In this document: positions 16,868 to 26,282 of the stretch, piece by piece | Position numbering within the stretch: the stretch's first letter is position 1 | Layout of the letters: the number at the start of each line of letters is the position of its first letter | Virus record (IMG/VR): IMGVR_UViG_3300022936_000018 | Coordinates: 1-38,619 of that record | Source: a virus | Lineage: Duplodnaviria; Caudoviricetes | Length of the DNA: 38,619 nucleotides | Strand: one strand, 5' to 3' | Program-made: the position numbers and the translations under genes | Notes under the pieces: generated by a model | Seen by the model: the letters and a program-made list of their open reading frames with translations, nothing else | The model's database searches: none | Told to the model about the DNA's origin: nothing

Positions 16868-16998
16868 GCCGACACCTCCGCATGGGATGCGTTGTGCAGC
16901 TCGTTCGACCACCCAGCGTTCAGGAACAGCGCACCGCACTGACCACAGATGATGATGCTGTCCAGCAGCGCCAGCGATAGCTTCGTGTCTTTCGTCAT
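16864..16998 (-). CDS. Small Zn-finger protein
   Basis: AAGGAG RBS; ICGQCGAL...HNASH. Confidence 0.55.
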   Translation of the reverse strand: MTKDTKLSLALLDSIIICGQCGALFLNAGWSNELHNASHAEVSA

Positions 16999-17042
16999 TT
17001 CTGTCTCCTTCAATTCGTTTTCATCAAGCCGGCCAACCCGAC

Positions 17043-17306
17043 TCACGCAGCCAACTCGTCCAGGCGGCGACCCAAATCAGGGCGACCATGCCGGTAAGCC
17101 AACCGCGACAACGACAACTGATTCACGTTCAAGATCTGCGCGACCTCCCAACCTGGGACACCACCCTCAAGGAGCCACTCGGTTTCCTCGAGCACAACCT
17201 CAGTGGGGAGGCGCTTAGGCTTCTTCGGTTCCGGCCACAGTTCCGTCATCATCCGAAACGACTCAAGGTTCAGCCGGCGACGCTCACCGACCTCCCACGC
17301 GGTCAT
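17043..17306 (-). CDS. Hypothetical HTH-like protein
   Basis: EETEWLLEGG...EVAQILNVNQLSLSRLAYRHGR. Confidence 0.55.
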   Translation of the reverse strand: MTAWEVGERRRLNLESFRMMTELWPEPKKPKRLPTEVVLEETEWLLEGGVPGWEVAQILNVNQLSLSRLAYRHGRPDLGRRLDELAA

Positions 17307-18088
17307 GCGACACCCCCGAAATCGAAGGCTTGTTGTTGCATCCGTTTGGCCGCGATCTCGCAGTACCGCTCGGACTTCTCAATCCCAATGCTCCGAATAC
17401 CAATGTCGGCAGCGGCCCGCATGGTGGTTCCCGTGCCTGCGAATGGATCAATTACTGATCTGGCGTTTGTGGTTTCTATCACCTTCGCCGGCAGGCTGAT
17501 GGGGAATGTTGCTGGGTGTCCAAACTCATCTCTGGACATTCCGAGATGCCATAGATCGCCAGCGCCAGAAGCGGAATGATCACGCAGTTCGAAGTCGCGC
17601 TTGGCGAGCAGAAATATGAACTCCGAGGTCGAGCAATAGTGCCGTTTGTTCACCCCGATGCCAGTGCCACGATCCCATGTGATGATCTGGCGAAGCGGAA
17701 CACCGAAATCGAGGCCCAACGGCAGGCGCGCAATGCCGTGCTCCACCCTCTGTTTGTGGTTATAGAAAATCGCCCCGTCTTCCGGCAAAACCTGCCACAG
17801 CACCGCGAGCACGTCTCGTTGCCATTGGTCGTACTTATCCTGCGGGAGCGCGTCATCGTAGTTCTCATAGCCATCGCGAAACTTGCCTCCCTTGTTGTTT
17901 GCGCCAGGACGATACATTCCCCGCCCATTGCCGCCAGGGACAAGACCCATGTTGTAAGGAGGGGAGGTTATCGCGATTTGACCAAAGGCAGGCTGAGCAA
18001 ACGTGCTCACCCAGTCGGACATGATCTCAAGGCAATCGCCGTGATAGATCGTCACCAGTTCGTCTTGGTAGTAGGGGTAGGCGCTCAC
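17303..18088 (-). CDS. DNA methyltransferase 1 (beta class, SPPY; likely m4C)
   Basis: IYHGDC, ITSPPY, HPATFP, DPFAGTGT; GTG start coupled to the upstream stop. Confidence 0.92.
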   Translation of the reverse strand: MSAYPYYQDELVTIYHGDCLEIMSDWVSTFAQPAFGQIAITSPPYNMGLVPGGNGRGMYRPGANNKGGKFRDGYENYDDALPQDKYDQWQRDVLAVLWQVLPEDGAIFYNHKQRVEHGIARLPLGLDFGVPLRQIITWDRGTGIGVNKRHYCSTSEFIFLLAKRDFELRDHSASGAGDLWHLGMSRDEFGHPATFPISLPAKVIETTNARSVIDPFAGTGTTMRAAADIGIRSIGIEKSERYCEIAAKRMQQQAFDFGGVA

Positions 18089-18444
18089 TGGTTGGCTCCC
18101 TCGGAAACAGGGACAACACCAACAGGCCCGAAAGCAAGATCGCGTGGTTCGTCCAAGTCGTCGCAACCGCAACCGACAGGCCCAGCACCGCCAACGTTGC
18201 CGCGCCTCGGATGCCACAGCACAGAGCAGCATCCATTCACGCATCGATAGGTAACGCACTCGTCGTACATACGGTCGGCGGCGTACAAGAACATGGCCTC
18301 GATGGGGCCGCGCGGAAATCCCCAAAAATCGTCTTTAGCCTCCGCGCCTCGAGCCGCCAACCATGCTTTGAGAAGATCACGAGCAGGAATCCCGTACTTC
18401 CTGCGAAGGTAAATGACAGATGTGACCAGACGTAACTTGCTCAT
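18085..18444 (-). CDS. Hypothetical protein
   Basis: 119 aa, coupled at both ends, Cys cluster. Confidence 0.55.
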   Translation of the reverse strand: MSKLRLVTSVIYLRRKYGIPARDLLKAWLAARGAEAKDDFWGFPRGPIEAMFLYAADRMYDECVTYRCVNGCCSVLWHPRRGNVGGAGPVGCGCDDLDEPRDLAFGPVGVVPVSEGANQ

Positions 18445-19184
18445 GCGACTCCTTCAATGTCGAGATCGAAATACGCTTGCTGAACCTCGCCGGGAGTCTT
18501 ACGGCACACAGACGCGAGATACGCATCCACGTCCCGCACATCACCCTTCGCCTTCGACAGAATCGCCCGCGCGAGCTCCACAGCACCACCGAGCGTCAAC
18601 GGCTCATGCGTGGCACGGACGAAGTTCTCAGCGACCGCCCGCAAATCCACGATCCCCATGAACCGAGACGCGACCAGAGCTGATTCGTCAAGTCGCTGAG
18701 GGGCGCTATCAGGTAGGTGACTTGACTCAATATCTGTAGTCACGTCAGTCAAAAGGACGGGATCGGGACGGGACGGGACGGGGTGTTCGGACACCTGCGT
18801 ATGTCCGTCCGGTGTCCGCTTCTTGTCCCGCTGGGACATCTTGCGGACACGCTCAGCTTCCCGGTCGGACAGAACCTTCGCCTTCGTCGGGTTGTATGCG
18901 AGGTAGTCGTGAATGACGACATCACCGGGATCGACAGGGGCGCAACGTTCGCAGTCGTGACCGTGACCGTGCCACAGCTCGACCCGAATCAGTTCCTCTA
19001 CGTCGGCGGCGATAGCGTCTAGCTCGTCTAGCTCATGTGCCTCGAGGATGCCGTCAGAGAGCGTCCGCGAGGCATAGTTACCGGCGAGGAGCCACAGCCC
19101 TACACAGCGCTGGCGGCGCTTCCTGGGGATACGGATGACCTTCTTCGAGATCCCGAACTGATCGTCTATCTTCTGCCAAGCCAT
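18441..19184 (-). CDS. Replication initiator-like protein
   Basis: MAWQKIDDQF...VGLWLLAG...IHDYLAYNP...ERVRK and PVPSRPDP linker typical of actinophage Rep proteins. Confidence 0.75.
   Translation of the reverse strand: MAWQKIDDQFGISKKVIRIPRKRRQRCVGLWLLAGNYASRTLSDGILEAHELDELDAIAADVEELIRVELWHGHGHDCERCAPVDPGDVVIHDYLAYNPTKAKVLSDREAERVRKMSQRDKKRTPDGHTQVSEHPVPSRPDPVLLTDVTTDIESSHLPDSAPQRLDESALVASRFMGIVDLRAVAENFVRATHEPLTLGGAVELARAILSKAKGDVRDVDAYLASVCRKTPGEVQQAYFDLDIEGVA
18755..18783. repeat. GGGAC pentamer tandem repeat within rep (possible origin/linker)
   Basis: ggacgggatcgggacgggacgggacgggg. Confidence 0.5.
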
Positions 19185-19999
19185 TAGCGCACCGCCTCAA
19201 AGTCAAGCGGTTCCGGGTCATGCCACCCCGACGAACGCACCTCCGAGTTGCGCGTGTAGAGACGTGGCGGGTCAAGCCGCAGACGCTCCACAATCGATTC
19301 GCAGTGCTCCTCGTTCTGCTCAATGACGATGCACTTGCGCCCCTGCCTGACTGCGGCGAGAGCAGTTGTGCCGGAGCCTCCGAAAGCATCCAGAATCGTT
19401 TCGCCAAAGTCGGTGAACTGGTCTACCAGCTGCTCCATCAGGGACAGTGGTTTCTGCGTCGTGTGCCAGCGCGGATCTGTGCCGCTTCGGTTGAGGACAA
19501 TTGGCACAGTCCAGAGAGCGTGCTTGCCTCCACCGTTCCACCGCTTCTTGCCTTTCGGGTGAGCGATGGTGATCGCTTCAAATCCTGTCGCTGGGCGGTC
19601 ACCGCTGAACTGCGGAGTGCTGCCAACCTTGATCCATGCGCCAGTTCGCACATAGTCAAGTCCGGCAGTCACGAGTTCATCGCGCCAAAGGTGATCAGAC
19701 TCGACATCGGAAAAGACGAGCACCCAACGCTTTGACAGTCGCGCGAACTGCTGAGCACAGAACGCGCGTAGCTCGGGCTCGAGGTACTCAAACCCGAGGT
19801 CTACGTTTCTTCTAGTGTCGGCCCCATACTTGCCGCCACGGTCGTTCTCCATCATCTTCGCCGAGCGGATGTTGTTGTGCGTGTGCTCGCTATAGGGCGG
19901 GTCAGTGATGACGACGTCGACGGACGTGAGAGTCGGTAGAACAGACTCGCATTTGCCGAGGTAGACGGTAACTGACTCGTCTTCGTAGTACGGCTTCAT
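19184..19999 (-). CDS. DNA methyltransferase 2 (beta class, DPPY)
   Basis: MKPYYEDE, ITDPPY, HTTQKP, DAFGGSGTT. Confidence 0.92.
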   Translation of the reverse strand: MKPYYEDESVTVYLGKCESVLPTLTSVDVVITDPPYSEHTHNNIRSAKMMENDRGGKYGADTRRNVDLGFEYLEPELRAFCAQQFARLSKRWVLVFSDVESDHLWRDELVTAGLDYVRTGAWIKVGSTPQFSGDRPATGFEAITIAHPKGKKRWNGGGKHALWTVPIVLNRSGTDPRWHTTQKPLSLMEQLVDQFTDFGETILDAFGGSGTTALAAVRQGRKCIVIEQNEEHCESIVERLRLDPPRLYTRNSEVRSSGWHDPEPLDFEAVR

Positions 20000-20193
20000 G
20001 CGACACCACCTAGTGGTCTGTCTGCGAATACGGCTACACTTGACACTGCTGCTCCAATAGCTCTTAGTCGGGTGGAGTGGCACCAAGCCCGGGACTTCGG
20101 TTCCGGGCTTTTGGCTTTCTCCAACCACCATTCTATAGCCGCACGGCCACAATGTGTCCCCATTTGGGTACACGATTCATCCATACGGCTCAC
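19996..20193 (-). CDS. Hypothetical protein
   Basis: 65 aa; fills the gap with overlaps at both ends. Confidence 0.45.
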   Translation of the reverse strand: MSRMDESCTQMGTHCGRAAIEWWLEKAKSPEPKSRAWCHSTRLRAIGAAVSSVAVFADRPLGGVA

Positions 20194-20594
20194 CGGGTCA
20201 CCTCGAGGCCGGTCTTGATCGCGTGGATGGTTTGCATGTACTCGACCGCGTCAGCCGGCTTCAACAGCTCCGGTTCTGCGCCCTCGTGGTTGCGCCACCA
20301 GGTGCCATCTGCTTTATGGAAAACAGGCACGACCGCCGGGTCGTGGCCTGAACGGATCGACCACCCCAACTGCTCGCCGATGACCGTGTGGGCGATTCCG
20401 TGGCAGCCGGTGTGATTGCCCCAGCCGCATAAATGGAGGGCGTTAGAGAGCAACCCTGAGCCGCCGCGCGACTTGTACTGGCGGTGATGAGCCTCAGTCG
20501 CTGGTGACTTCCCGCAACCCTCGCAGATCCCGTTAGAACGCTCATTCAGAGCACGTAGGACAGCCGGCGAGAACGCGCTGCTCGAGCGTTTCAT
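20190..20594 (-). CDS. HNH endonuclease
   Basis: CEGCG...HHRQYKSRGG...NALHLC...CHGIAH. Confidence 0.85.
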   Translation of the reverse strand: MKRSSSAFSPAVLRALNERSNGICEGCGKSPATEAHHRQYKSRGGSGLLSNALHLCGWGNHTGCHGIAHTVIGEQLGWSIRSGHDPAVVPVFHKADGTWWRNHEGAEPELLKPADAVEYMQTIHAIKTGLEVTR

Positions 20595-20625
20595 TCTGTG
20601 TTCTTCCGGTTGGGGGTGGGAAACA

Positions 20626-21189
20626 TCACGACACCGCCGACAGTTCGGCTTTGCGTGCTTCTTTCGCGGCGATCAGGTCAGGGTGGGACTGGACACCGCG
20701 CACGCCGGCGAGATCCCATGCGGCCTTCAACGACTCGAGCGACGACGCGGCCATAAGGTCGGCTAGAACGGCGTCTACGACCTCCTGTGCGGGCTTGTCC
20801 GGGGTGTTCAGGGGTTGCACGACGAACGGTTTACGCTGCCCTCTGGTGACCGTGAGCGGGATTTCTAGCGGCTTGTCGATGTGCGAAAGGTGGGAGATTC
20901 GGATGCCCCCCACCGCGTCTTTCCCGAACCGGATAGTGGGGTCGCCGTAGAGGGTCAGCTTCCTGCCGACGTAGGCGCTCGCTTCGGAACCCCACGCCGC
21001 CACAAGCACACGACGCATCGACTTACCGGGCTTGTACGGTCGGCCAGGGAACTCCGCTAGGTGCAGCTCGACAGGCTGCTCAGCGTTACCCCGCTTCACC
21101 TCCGAGACGGTGACCGTCTTAGGTGCGGTCTGGTAGTCGTCGTAGTTCTGTTGGTCTGACTTGGGCTCGGTTGTTTTGAGAATGTCCAT
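20626..21189 (-). CDS. Conserved phage protein next to the RecE-like nuclease (possible recombination/ssDNA-binding partner)
   Basis: PKSDQQNYDD...PYKPGKSMRRVLVAAWG...VGGIRISHLSHI; coupled to the nuclease. Confidence 0.5.
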   Translation of the reverse strand: MDILKTTEPKSDQQNYDDYQTAPKTVTVSEVKRGNAEQPVELHLAEFPGRPYKPGKSMRRVLVAAWGSEASAYVGRKLTLYGDPTIRFGKDAVGGIRISHLSHIDKPLEIPLTVTRGQRKPFVVQPLNTPDKPAQEVVDAVLADLMAASSLESLKAAWDLAGVRGVQSHPDLIAAKEARKAELSAVS

Positions 21190-22103
21190 TAGATGTTGAT
21201 CTCCTCATCTTCGTCACCGATCAGGTACCAAGTCGGCGGGTCGATGTAGTGGATGCCAGTTCCGTAGTCGGGCCAGACCCCTGATTCCTGGCACTCGCGG
21301 ATGACGCGGCGTGCCCTCTGTGTGCGCTCTCTGGCTTTCTGCACCCAGATTTCGGGTAGGCCGATGAGTGCGGTGAAGTGCGGTGGCCGCTTGTCCACGA
21401 CCGCGAACAGCAGTTCCGGCTGCATGTCGTGCGGCATCGGCCCCATGATCTCCGCGAGCACGTCAAGGTAGGAGACGTGCTGCACCCCGTAGTCGAGTCG
21501 GGCCGCGTTCTTCGTGAACTTGAGGGGGTGTGCGGAGAAAGCTGTCTTGAGGTCGATCGCTGTTATGCGGCGTTCGGACTGGTCGGGGAGGTAATCGAAG
21601 CGCGCCTTGCACAGCACCCCGTCGACCTCAGCGAACGCGGAGCACTCGGCAGACCCGGGCTGCTCGAGCATCGCCCTCACGGTAGGGTGACGGCGTGCTC
21701 CCTCGGCCATCCCCTTGGCGAGAGCGAAGTCGGCCTCAGTGACAAGCGATACACCGGCAGCCGCGAAAGCCTCCGCGAAACCTGCAGCATCGAGGCTCGC
21801 ATCACCCTCACCACCGTGCTCAGTCAGAACATCGACCGCGCGCGCCTTGCCAACCTTCGTCGAGTAGTTCCAATCCTTCACGATGAACCCGTGCGGCTGG
21901 TCGAGAACAAGAGCGTGGGTGAGGGTGCCGAGCTCGGAACCGTCGAACGTGGGCGCGTCCTCGGGATGGTCGATCCAGTGCCTAGCCTGCGCCGGCACCT
22001 CCTCGATGAACCATTTGAGCGCTGTCGATCCGTAGCCCGGGGCTTGGCGGTATTCGGCATCTGGCATGTTCTTGACGATGCGGCCTGTCAGTGTGTAGCT
22101 CAT
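21189..22103 (-). CDS. RecE/exonuclease VIII-like PD-(D/E)XK nuclease
   Basis: YGSTALK, GTLTHALVL, CKARFDYL...IDLKT, YGVQHVSY, WPDYG. Confidence 0.88.
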   Translation of the reverse strand: MSYTLTGRIVKNMPDAEYRQAPGYGSTALKWFIEEVPAQARHWIDHPEDAPTFDGSELGTLTHALVLDQPHGFIVKDWNYSTKVGKARAVDVLTEHGGEGDASLDAAGFAEAFAAAGVSLVTEADFALAKGMAEGARRHPTVRAMLEQPGSAECSAFAEVDGVLCKARFDYLPDQSERRITAIDLKTAFSAHPLKFTKNAARLDYGVQHVSYLDVLAEIMGPMPHDMQPELLFAVVDKRPPHFTALIGLPEIWVQKARERTQRARRVIRECQESGVWPDYGTGIHYIDPPTWYLIGDEDEEINI

Positions 22104-22500
22104 GCTGCCTTCTTCTGGTTCTGGTCGGATTCCACGTCGGAGAATCGGATCGCGTTATCGAGTCGGTGATGCTCCTGGTGGCGTGGGTCGGTGAGGGTGC
22201 ATTGCTCACCGTCCAAAGTGAAAGGGCAACTCATGTCAAGTCCTCGAAATCTTCGATCTCGTCTGCCGTCATCGGCTCTGGCATGTCGATGTCGTAAGAG
22301 ATGTCGTCGTGGTTAGTGATGCGCCCGATCTCGTCGCCGTCGCGGTAGAAGATGGTTTCGGTGTACTGGCGCGTTTCTTTGCGCCTCGTCCATTCGCTCA
22401 TGTCTTTGTTCTCCTGTTAGTGGGTGATGCCGTAAAAGATGAGGGCAGCCAGAGCTGCGAGGGTTAGGACTATGAGGGGGAGACGCCAACCGATGGTCAT
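22100..22500 (-). other. Three coupled micro-ORFs: 22100-22234 (44 aa), 22231-22401 (56 aa), 22417-22500 (27 aa TM peptide)
   Basis: Read manually: MSCPFTLDGEQC..., MSEWTRRKETRQY..., MTIGWRLPLIVLTLAALAALIFYGITH. Confidence 0.5.
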
Positions 22501-23249
22501 CAGCGCACCGCGCCGAAGTCGAGGGGTTCGGGGTCATGCCAACCGCTAGAGCGAACTTCGGTATCGCGGGTGTACATGCGCGGGGCGAAATCGAATGTCT
22601 GCTGCCCAAGTCGCTTGGCGATCATTTCGCAGTAGCGTTCTTCGAGTTCGACACCGATAACCGACCGGCCCAAGTTTCGGGCGGCGAGCAATGTCGCTCC
22701 CGAGCCAGCAAAAGGATCAGCAATAACTCCCTCGGGAGTCCTCTCAACAAGTGCCTCCATCAGGGCGACTGGCTTGGGGGTCGGGTGTCCGGTTGCGTTC
22801 TCCGCTCCCGAAGATCCACCACGGACTGAGTGCGTGGTAATCACAGAGCTTGCGCGACCATGCCCAGTCGCTTTCACATCCCACCCCTGGCCCAGCAAGT
22901 GGATGTCTTCGTGCGACGGTCCCCAAGGAATAGATAGGTCGCCCATCCCGGGCGTTGCGCCCTTTGACCAGATGAGCCTTTGCCTTTCGCCGACTGGGGC
23001 GGCGATACTCCATCGCCCGAACACGAGGGCGGGCTTGGTCGGCCCCCAAACACTGAGCGCGGCATCCCGTAGCGAACTGTCTTGATCCCCGGCAATCCGT
23101 CCGAGACTTTCGGCCTTGCGCCACCCCGAAGAAAACGCCATTCCATACGGAGGGTCAGTCACCAGCACATCGGCCTGCACCCACTCGGTGACCTCGATAC
23201 AGTCCCCGTGGTACAGGGTTACAAGGTCGTCTTCGTAGTAGGGCTTCAT
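22500..23249 (-). CDS. DNA methyltransferase 3 (beta class, DPPY)
   Basis: MKPYYEDDLVTLYHGDC, VTDPPYG, HPTPKP, DPFAGSGAT. Confidence 0.92.
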   Translation of the reverse strand: MKPYYEDDLVTLYHGDCIEVTEWVQADVLVTDPPYGMAFSSGWRKAESLGRIAGDQDSSLRDAALSVWGPTKPALVFGRWSIAAPVGERQRLIWSKGATPGMGDLSIPWGPSHEDIHLLGQGWDVKATGHGRASSVITTHSVRGGSSGAENATGHPTPKPVALMEALVERTPEGVIADPFAGSGATLLAARNLGRSVIGVELEERYCEMIAKRLGQQTFDFAPRMYTRDTEVRSSGWHDPEPLDFGAVR

Positions 23250-24021
23250 CGGTTCGCCGCCCATCCGCTGATGATCGCGACAACCGCCACCACAGCCAGA
23301 AAACAGGTGACGAGGAACAGGCCGTAGAAGATGTGCCTCACAGGTCCATCCCCCAGGCGGCGTAGTCTTCGGCTTGCTGCTTCCGATAGTCGGACGGGTC
23401 GGGCTCCCAGACCTTGAAGTCGTGCGACGGGACCGGCTCCCACTCGGGCTCACCGATCGCGTACTGCGCGTACAGGGTCGGGCCGGTGGTTCTCTTCTGG
23501 CCGACAGCGACAAGGCGGGCGGTCATGACTTCGCCTCGTGGTGGCAGTCACACGCGCCATCGCGGCAGAACAACTGGGTGATCGTCGCGTAGTAACGGCA
23601 CCCGCAATCGGGGCAACGGTCGGCGCTCATGCGGTGCCTGCTACGAGTGCATCCCAATCAACCCGGTCAAGGGTGACAACAGCGAACGTGTCAGTGCCGG
23701 AGATGGAGATGTAAACCTTCTCCCCGTCCTGCGAAACACTCACCGAGCGGGTGGGGTTGGCGCGGTCAATAGCGATCGTCATCAGAGGGCCAACTCTCTG
23801 CGAATGTCAGCGCCAATCGCTGCGTACTCATCGGGGTCGGCGTAGCAGATGGCGAACTGAATGAAGTTGGCGATCCGCTGCTGTTCTGCGAGGTAGAGAG
23901 TTGCAGATGCCTGAGCGACCAACGCAGCTGTCACCGCCTCAGGGTTGGTGCCGTCTGACTTGTCGGGCGTGTTCATCGCGACTTCGAGCGCGTTCTCCGC
24001 GTTCTTCTTGTGGTCGGTCAT
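23246..24021 (-). other. Five coupled small ORFs: 23246-23341 (TM peptide), 23338-23526, 23523-23630 (Cys-rich), 23627-23782, 23782-24021
   Basis: Consecutive ATGA/GTGA/TGATG overlaps. Confidence 0.55.
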
Positions 24022-24389
24022 GCTGCTCTCTCCATTGCGGGTAGGTCATAGATGTGGTTTCGGAAATCGTCAGGGTTGGTGATGACGAGGATGTTGTCGG
24101 CGGCAAGCTCACCGGCACGCTTGCGGGGGGTGTCGAAGTGGACAGCCGGCCAGCCCTCACCCCCAGCACGGCGCAAGTAGACCGCGTTGATCTCGTTGCC
24201 GTTCAACGGGCCACAGTCCTTCACGATCTGGTAGACCGCATCCAGGACTCTCTGACGGGTGCCAGCGGAACGGTCAGCGCCAGCATGTGAGGAACGCGAA
24301 CCCTTCCTCTTAGCCCTTGGTGTGTCTTCTCCCAGAAGGGAAAGGATCGGGGGGACAAAGAGGTCATCGAAGAGGGTTGGGGTGTTCAT
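24018..24389 (-). CDS. Putative winged-helix DNA-binding protein
   Basis: SSHAGA...QRVLDAV...GPLNGNEI...DTPRKRAGEL. Confidence 0.6.
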   Translation of the reverse strand: MNTPTLFDDLFVPPILSLLGEDTPRAKRKGSRSSHAGADRSAGTRQRVLDAVYQIVKDCGPLNGNEINAVYLRRAGGEGWPAVHFDTPRKRAGELAADNILVITNPDDFRNHIYDLPAMERAA

Positions 24390-25458
24390 GCGGGCTGCAC
24401 CTTCCAGCAGTCCAGAAGAGCCCGCTCGCAGAGGATGCATTCCTCAAATGCAGCCGTCGCGAGGACTTCGCCATAGGCATTCGTGCACCACAACTCGTAG
24501 GTGTCGTCGCAGGTTGAGTGGCAGCGATAAGCGACCGATCCGAGACACGCAAGCTTCGAATGTTCCCACTCGCACTTCGCTTCGTGCTCCCACAATTCTT
24601 CGAGCCTGTTCTCCACGGCGTAGTCGGGGGTCAGATCAATAGGGAAAGAGAGAGGGGCGGTCATTTGGTGGACTCCGGCTTCGTCTCGTTCTCGATTTCT
24701 GCCTTCCATCGGCGCTTGTGGTCCCGCTCGGTGACCGTCGAACAGGCCTGATTTCCGACCGCGCCGCAGACGGGGCAGGGCGTGGCGCTCATGCCTTCAC
24801 CTCTGAGGGGAGAGAAGCCAGAAGGGAAAGGACACGGTGGGCGTGGCGACGGTGGTCATCCGTGCAGTCTCCCCAGCTGTCGCCTACAGTCAGTCCCGCG
24901 AGTTCCCGCTCGATGAAACGCGCCCAGTATTTCGCGAACCCGGGCAGGTCTTGGTAAAGACGAATCTCTACGAGGATCGGGTTGGCGGGGAGCTTGCCGT
25001 ACTGGTAGCGGTCGCGGGGCGCGAACTCGATCGTGTGGCCTTCGCGCGGATTCTCCCAAGGGGCACGGGTGTTGTCGCAAGTACGGCAGATCCATGGCGT
25101 GTGGTCGTTGTTGCGCTGTTCGAGCGTCTTAGACGAGTACATGCTCATTTCTCCTTCGTGATGGTCAAAGACGGAACACCAAACCGAGCGGCCATGCGGA
25201 GCAGTTCGTCACGACCCGCCCCAGTGAGCGCGAACCCGAAATACCAGCCAGCAACCCAGACGGTGTACGTCATGCGTGTGCCTGCGCTTCCGCAAGGGTC
25301 ATGCCCCAGGGCACGAAGTAGACGCGTCCGTAACCACGACCATTCAGGGCGCGGAGAGCGTCAACCTCCGACGGGAAAGGGATAGTGATCGTCTCGCCGT
25401 GGTCTTGGTCAGCAATGCACCAAACGCCTTCAGCGCTGGTAATCTCTTGTTCGGGCAC
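24386..25458 (-). other. Five coupled small early ORFs: 24386-24664, 24661-24792 (CPVC), 24789-25148, 25145-25273, 25270-25458
   Basis: Consecutive ATGA overlaps; several CxxC motifs. Confidence 0.55.
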
Positions 25459-25527
25459 TTGTACTGCCTCTTTCTTCTAGTGGTTTGCCTCTCGTTAGCC
25501 GCGAGAGGCTTACTGCTTTCTGTGGGT

Positions 25528-26094
25528 CTAGAGGGCGCGCTTGAAACGCGGCCACATCACAGCCAGAGCACCCAGCAGGATCGCGAGGATGCCCGCGAAC
25601 GTCGGGGTATCGAGGTCGTCACCAGTGACCGGCAGCGACTCGGGCGGCGTCACAGGGGGAACCACAGGCGGCGTGCAGTCCTTCACGGTCTGCGGAAGAT
25701 CCGTGTGCTGCGCCTTGTAGATCGGGGGCCACCCAATGTTGTCCGTGGGGTAGGTGATGTGCTCCGGGAACGTGAAATCCCCCACATACGAAACCCAGTC
25801 CTCCTGGGACGCGATCAGGGACGGCTCACAAGCCTCGAGGGGGGCGGCGCACAGTTCCCGCTTCTCAACCTCCGACCACCCCTCCGTGCCCTCCTTCACA
25901 GCGACAAGGGTCTGCTCACCGGAGTTCTCCCACGCAGCCGGCGCATCCGACAACTTCTCGTAGCAGTACAGACCCACCGCGTAGTGCGTCTCGGGGGCGA
26001 CAGTCGGGGCCGGTTCGGGTTCGGTTGCCATTGCGGGGCCAGCCACACACGTGAGGGCTAGGGCGGTCGGGATAATGATGAGGTAGCGGTTCAT
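25528..26094 (-). CDS. LPXTG cell-wall-anchored surface protein
   Basis: Sec signal peptide (MNRYLIIIPTALALTCVAGPAMA), Pro-rich linker, LPVTG, TM helix, RFKR basic tail. Confidence 0.85.
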   Translation of the reverse strand: MNRYLIIIPTALALTCVAGPAMATEPEPAPTVAPETHYAVGLYCYEKLSDAPAAWENSGEQTLVAVKEGTEGWSEVEKRELCAAPLEACEPSLIASQEDWVSYVGDFTFPEHITYPTDNIGWPPIYKAQHTDLPQTVKDCTPPVVPPVTPPESLPVTGDDLDTPTFAGILAILLGALAVMWPRFKRAL

Positions 26095-26096
26095 GG

Positions 26097-26282
26097 TCAG
26101 GCTCTTTTCGGCTCGGCGGGAAGGGACTCGAGCCAGCGCTCAAGCTCGGCGATACGGAACACCGGCTTGGAGTTCGCGTAGGAGGGAATGAGGTCGTTGT
26201 TCCTCACGGCCTCGCGGATGACCTTCGTGGAGTACCCGCACGCCTCAGCGGCGGCATCTATGGAGAGGGCGAGGACGGTCAC
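26097..26282 (-). CDS. xis: Excisionase-like HTH protein
   Basis: LSIDAAAEACGYSTKVIREAVRNNDL...FRIAELERWLESL; second gene of the early operon. Confidence 0.7.
   Translation of the reverse strand: MTVLALSIDAAAEACGYSTKVIREAVRNNDLIPSYANSKPVFRIAELERWLESLPAEPKRA

Noticed and set aside
20190-20594. HNH as the restriction partner of the methyltransferases
   Set aside because: Small stand-alone phage-type HNH next to recombination genes; nothing in the sequence links it to a cognate R-M system
19184-22583. Methyltransferase tails as a recent DNA duplication or DGR template/variable repeat
   Set aside because: Differences are mostly synonymous and not adenine-specific; no reverse transcriptase in the genome
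17303-23513. Long N-terminal extensions of the three methyltransferases in the ORF track (starts 18325, 20173, 23513)
   Set aside because: They overlap separate upstream genes; coupled starts at 18088, 19999 and 23249 give matching PYY(E/Q)D N-termini
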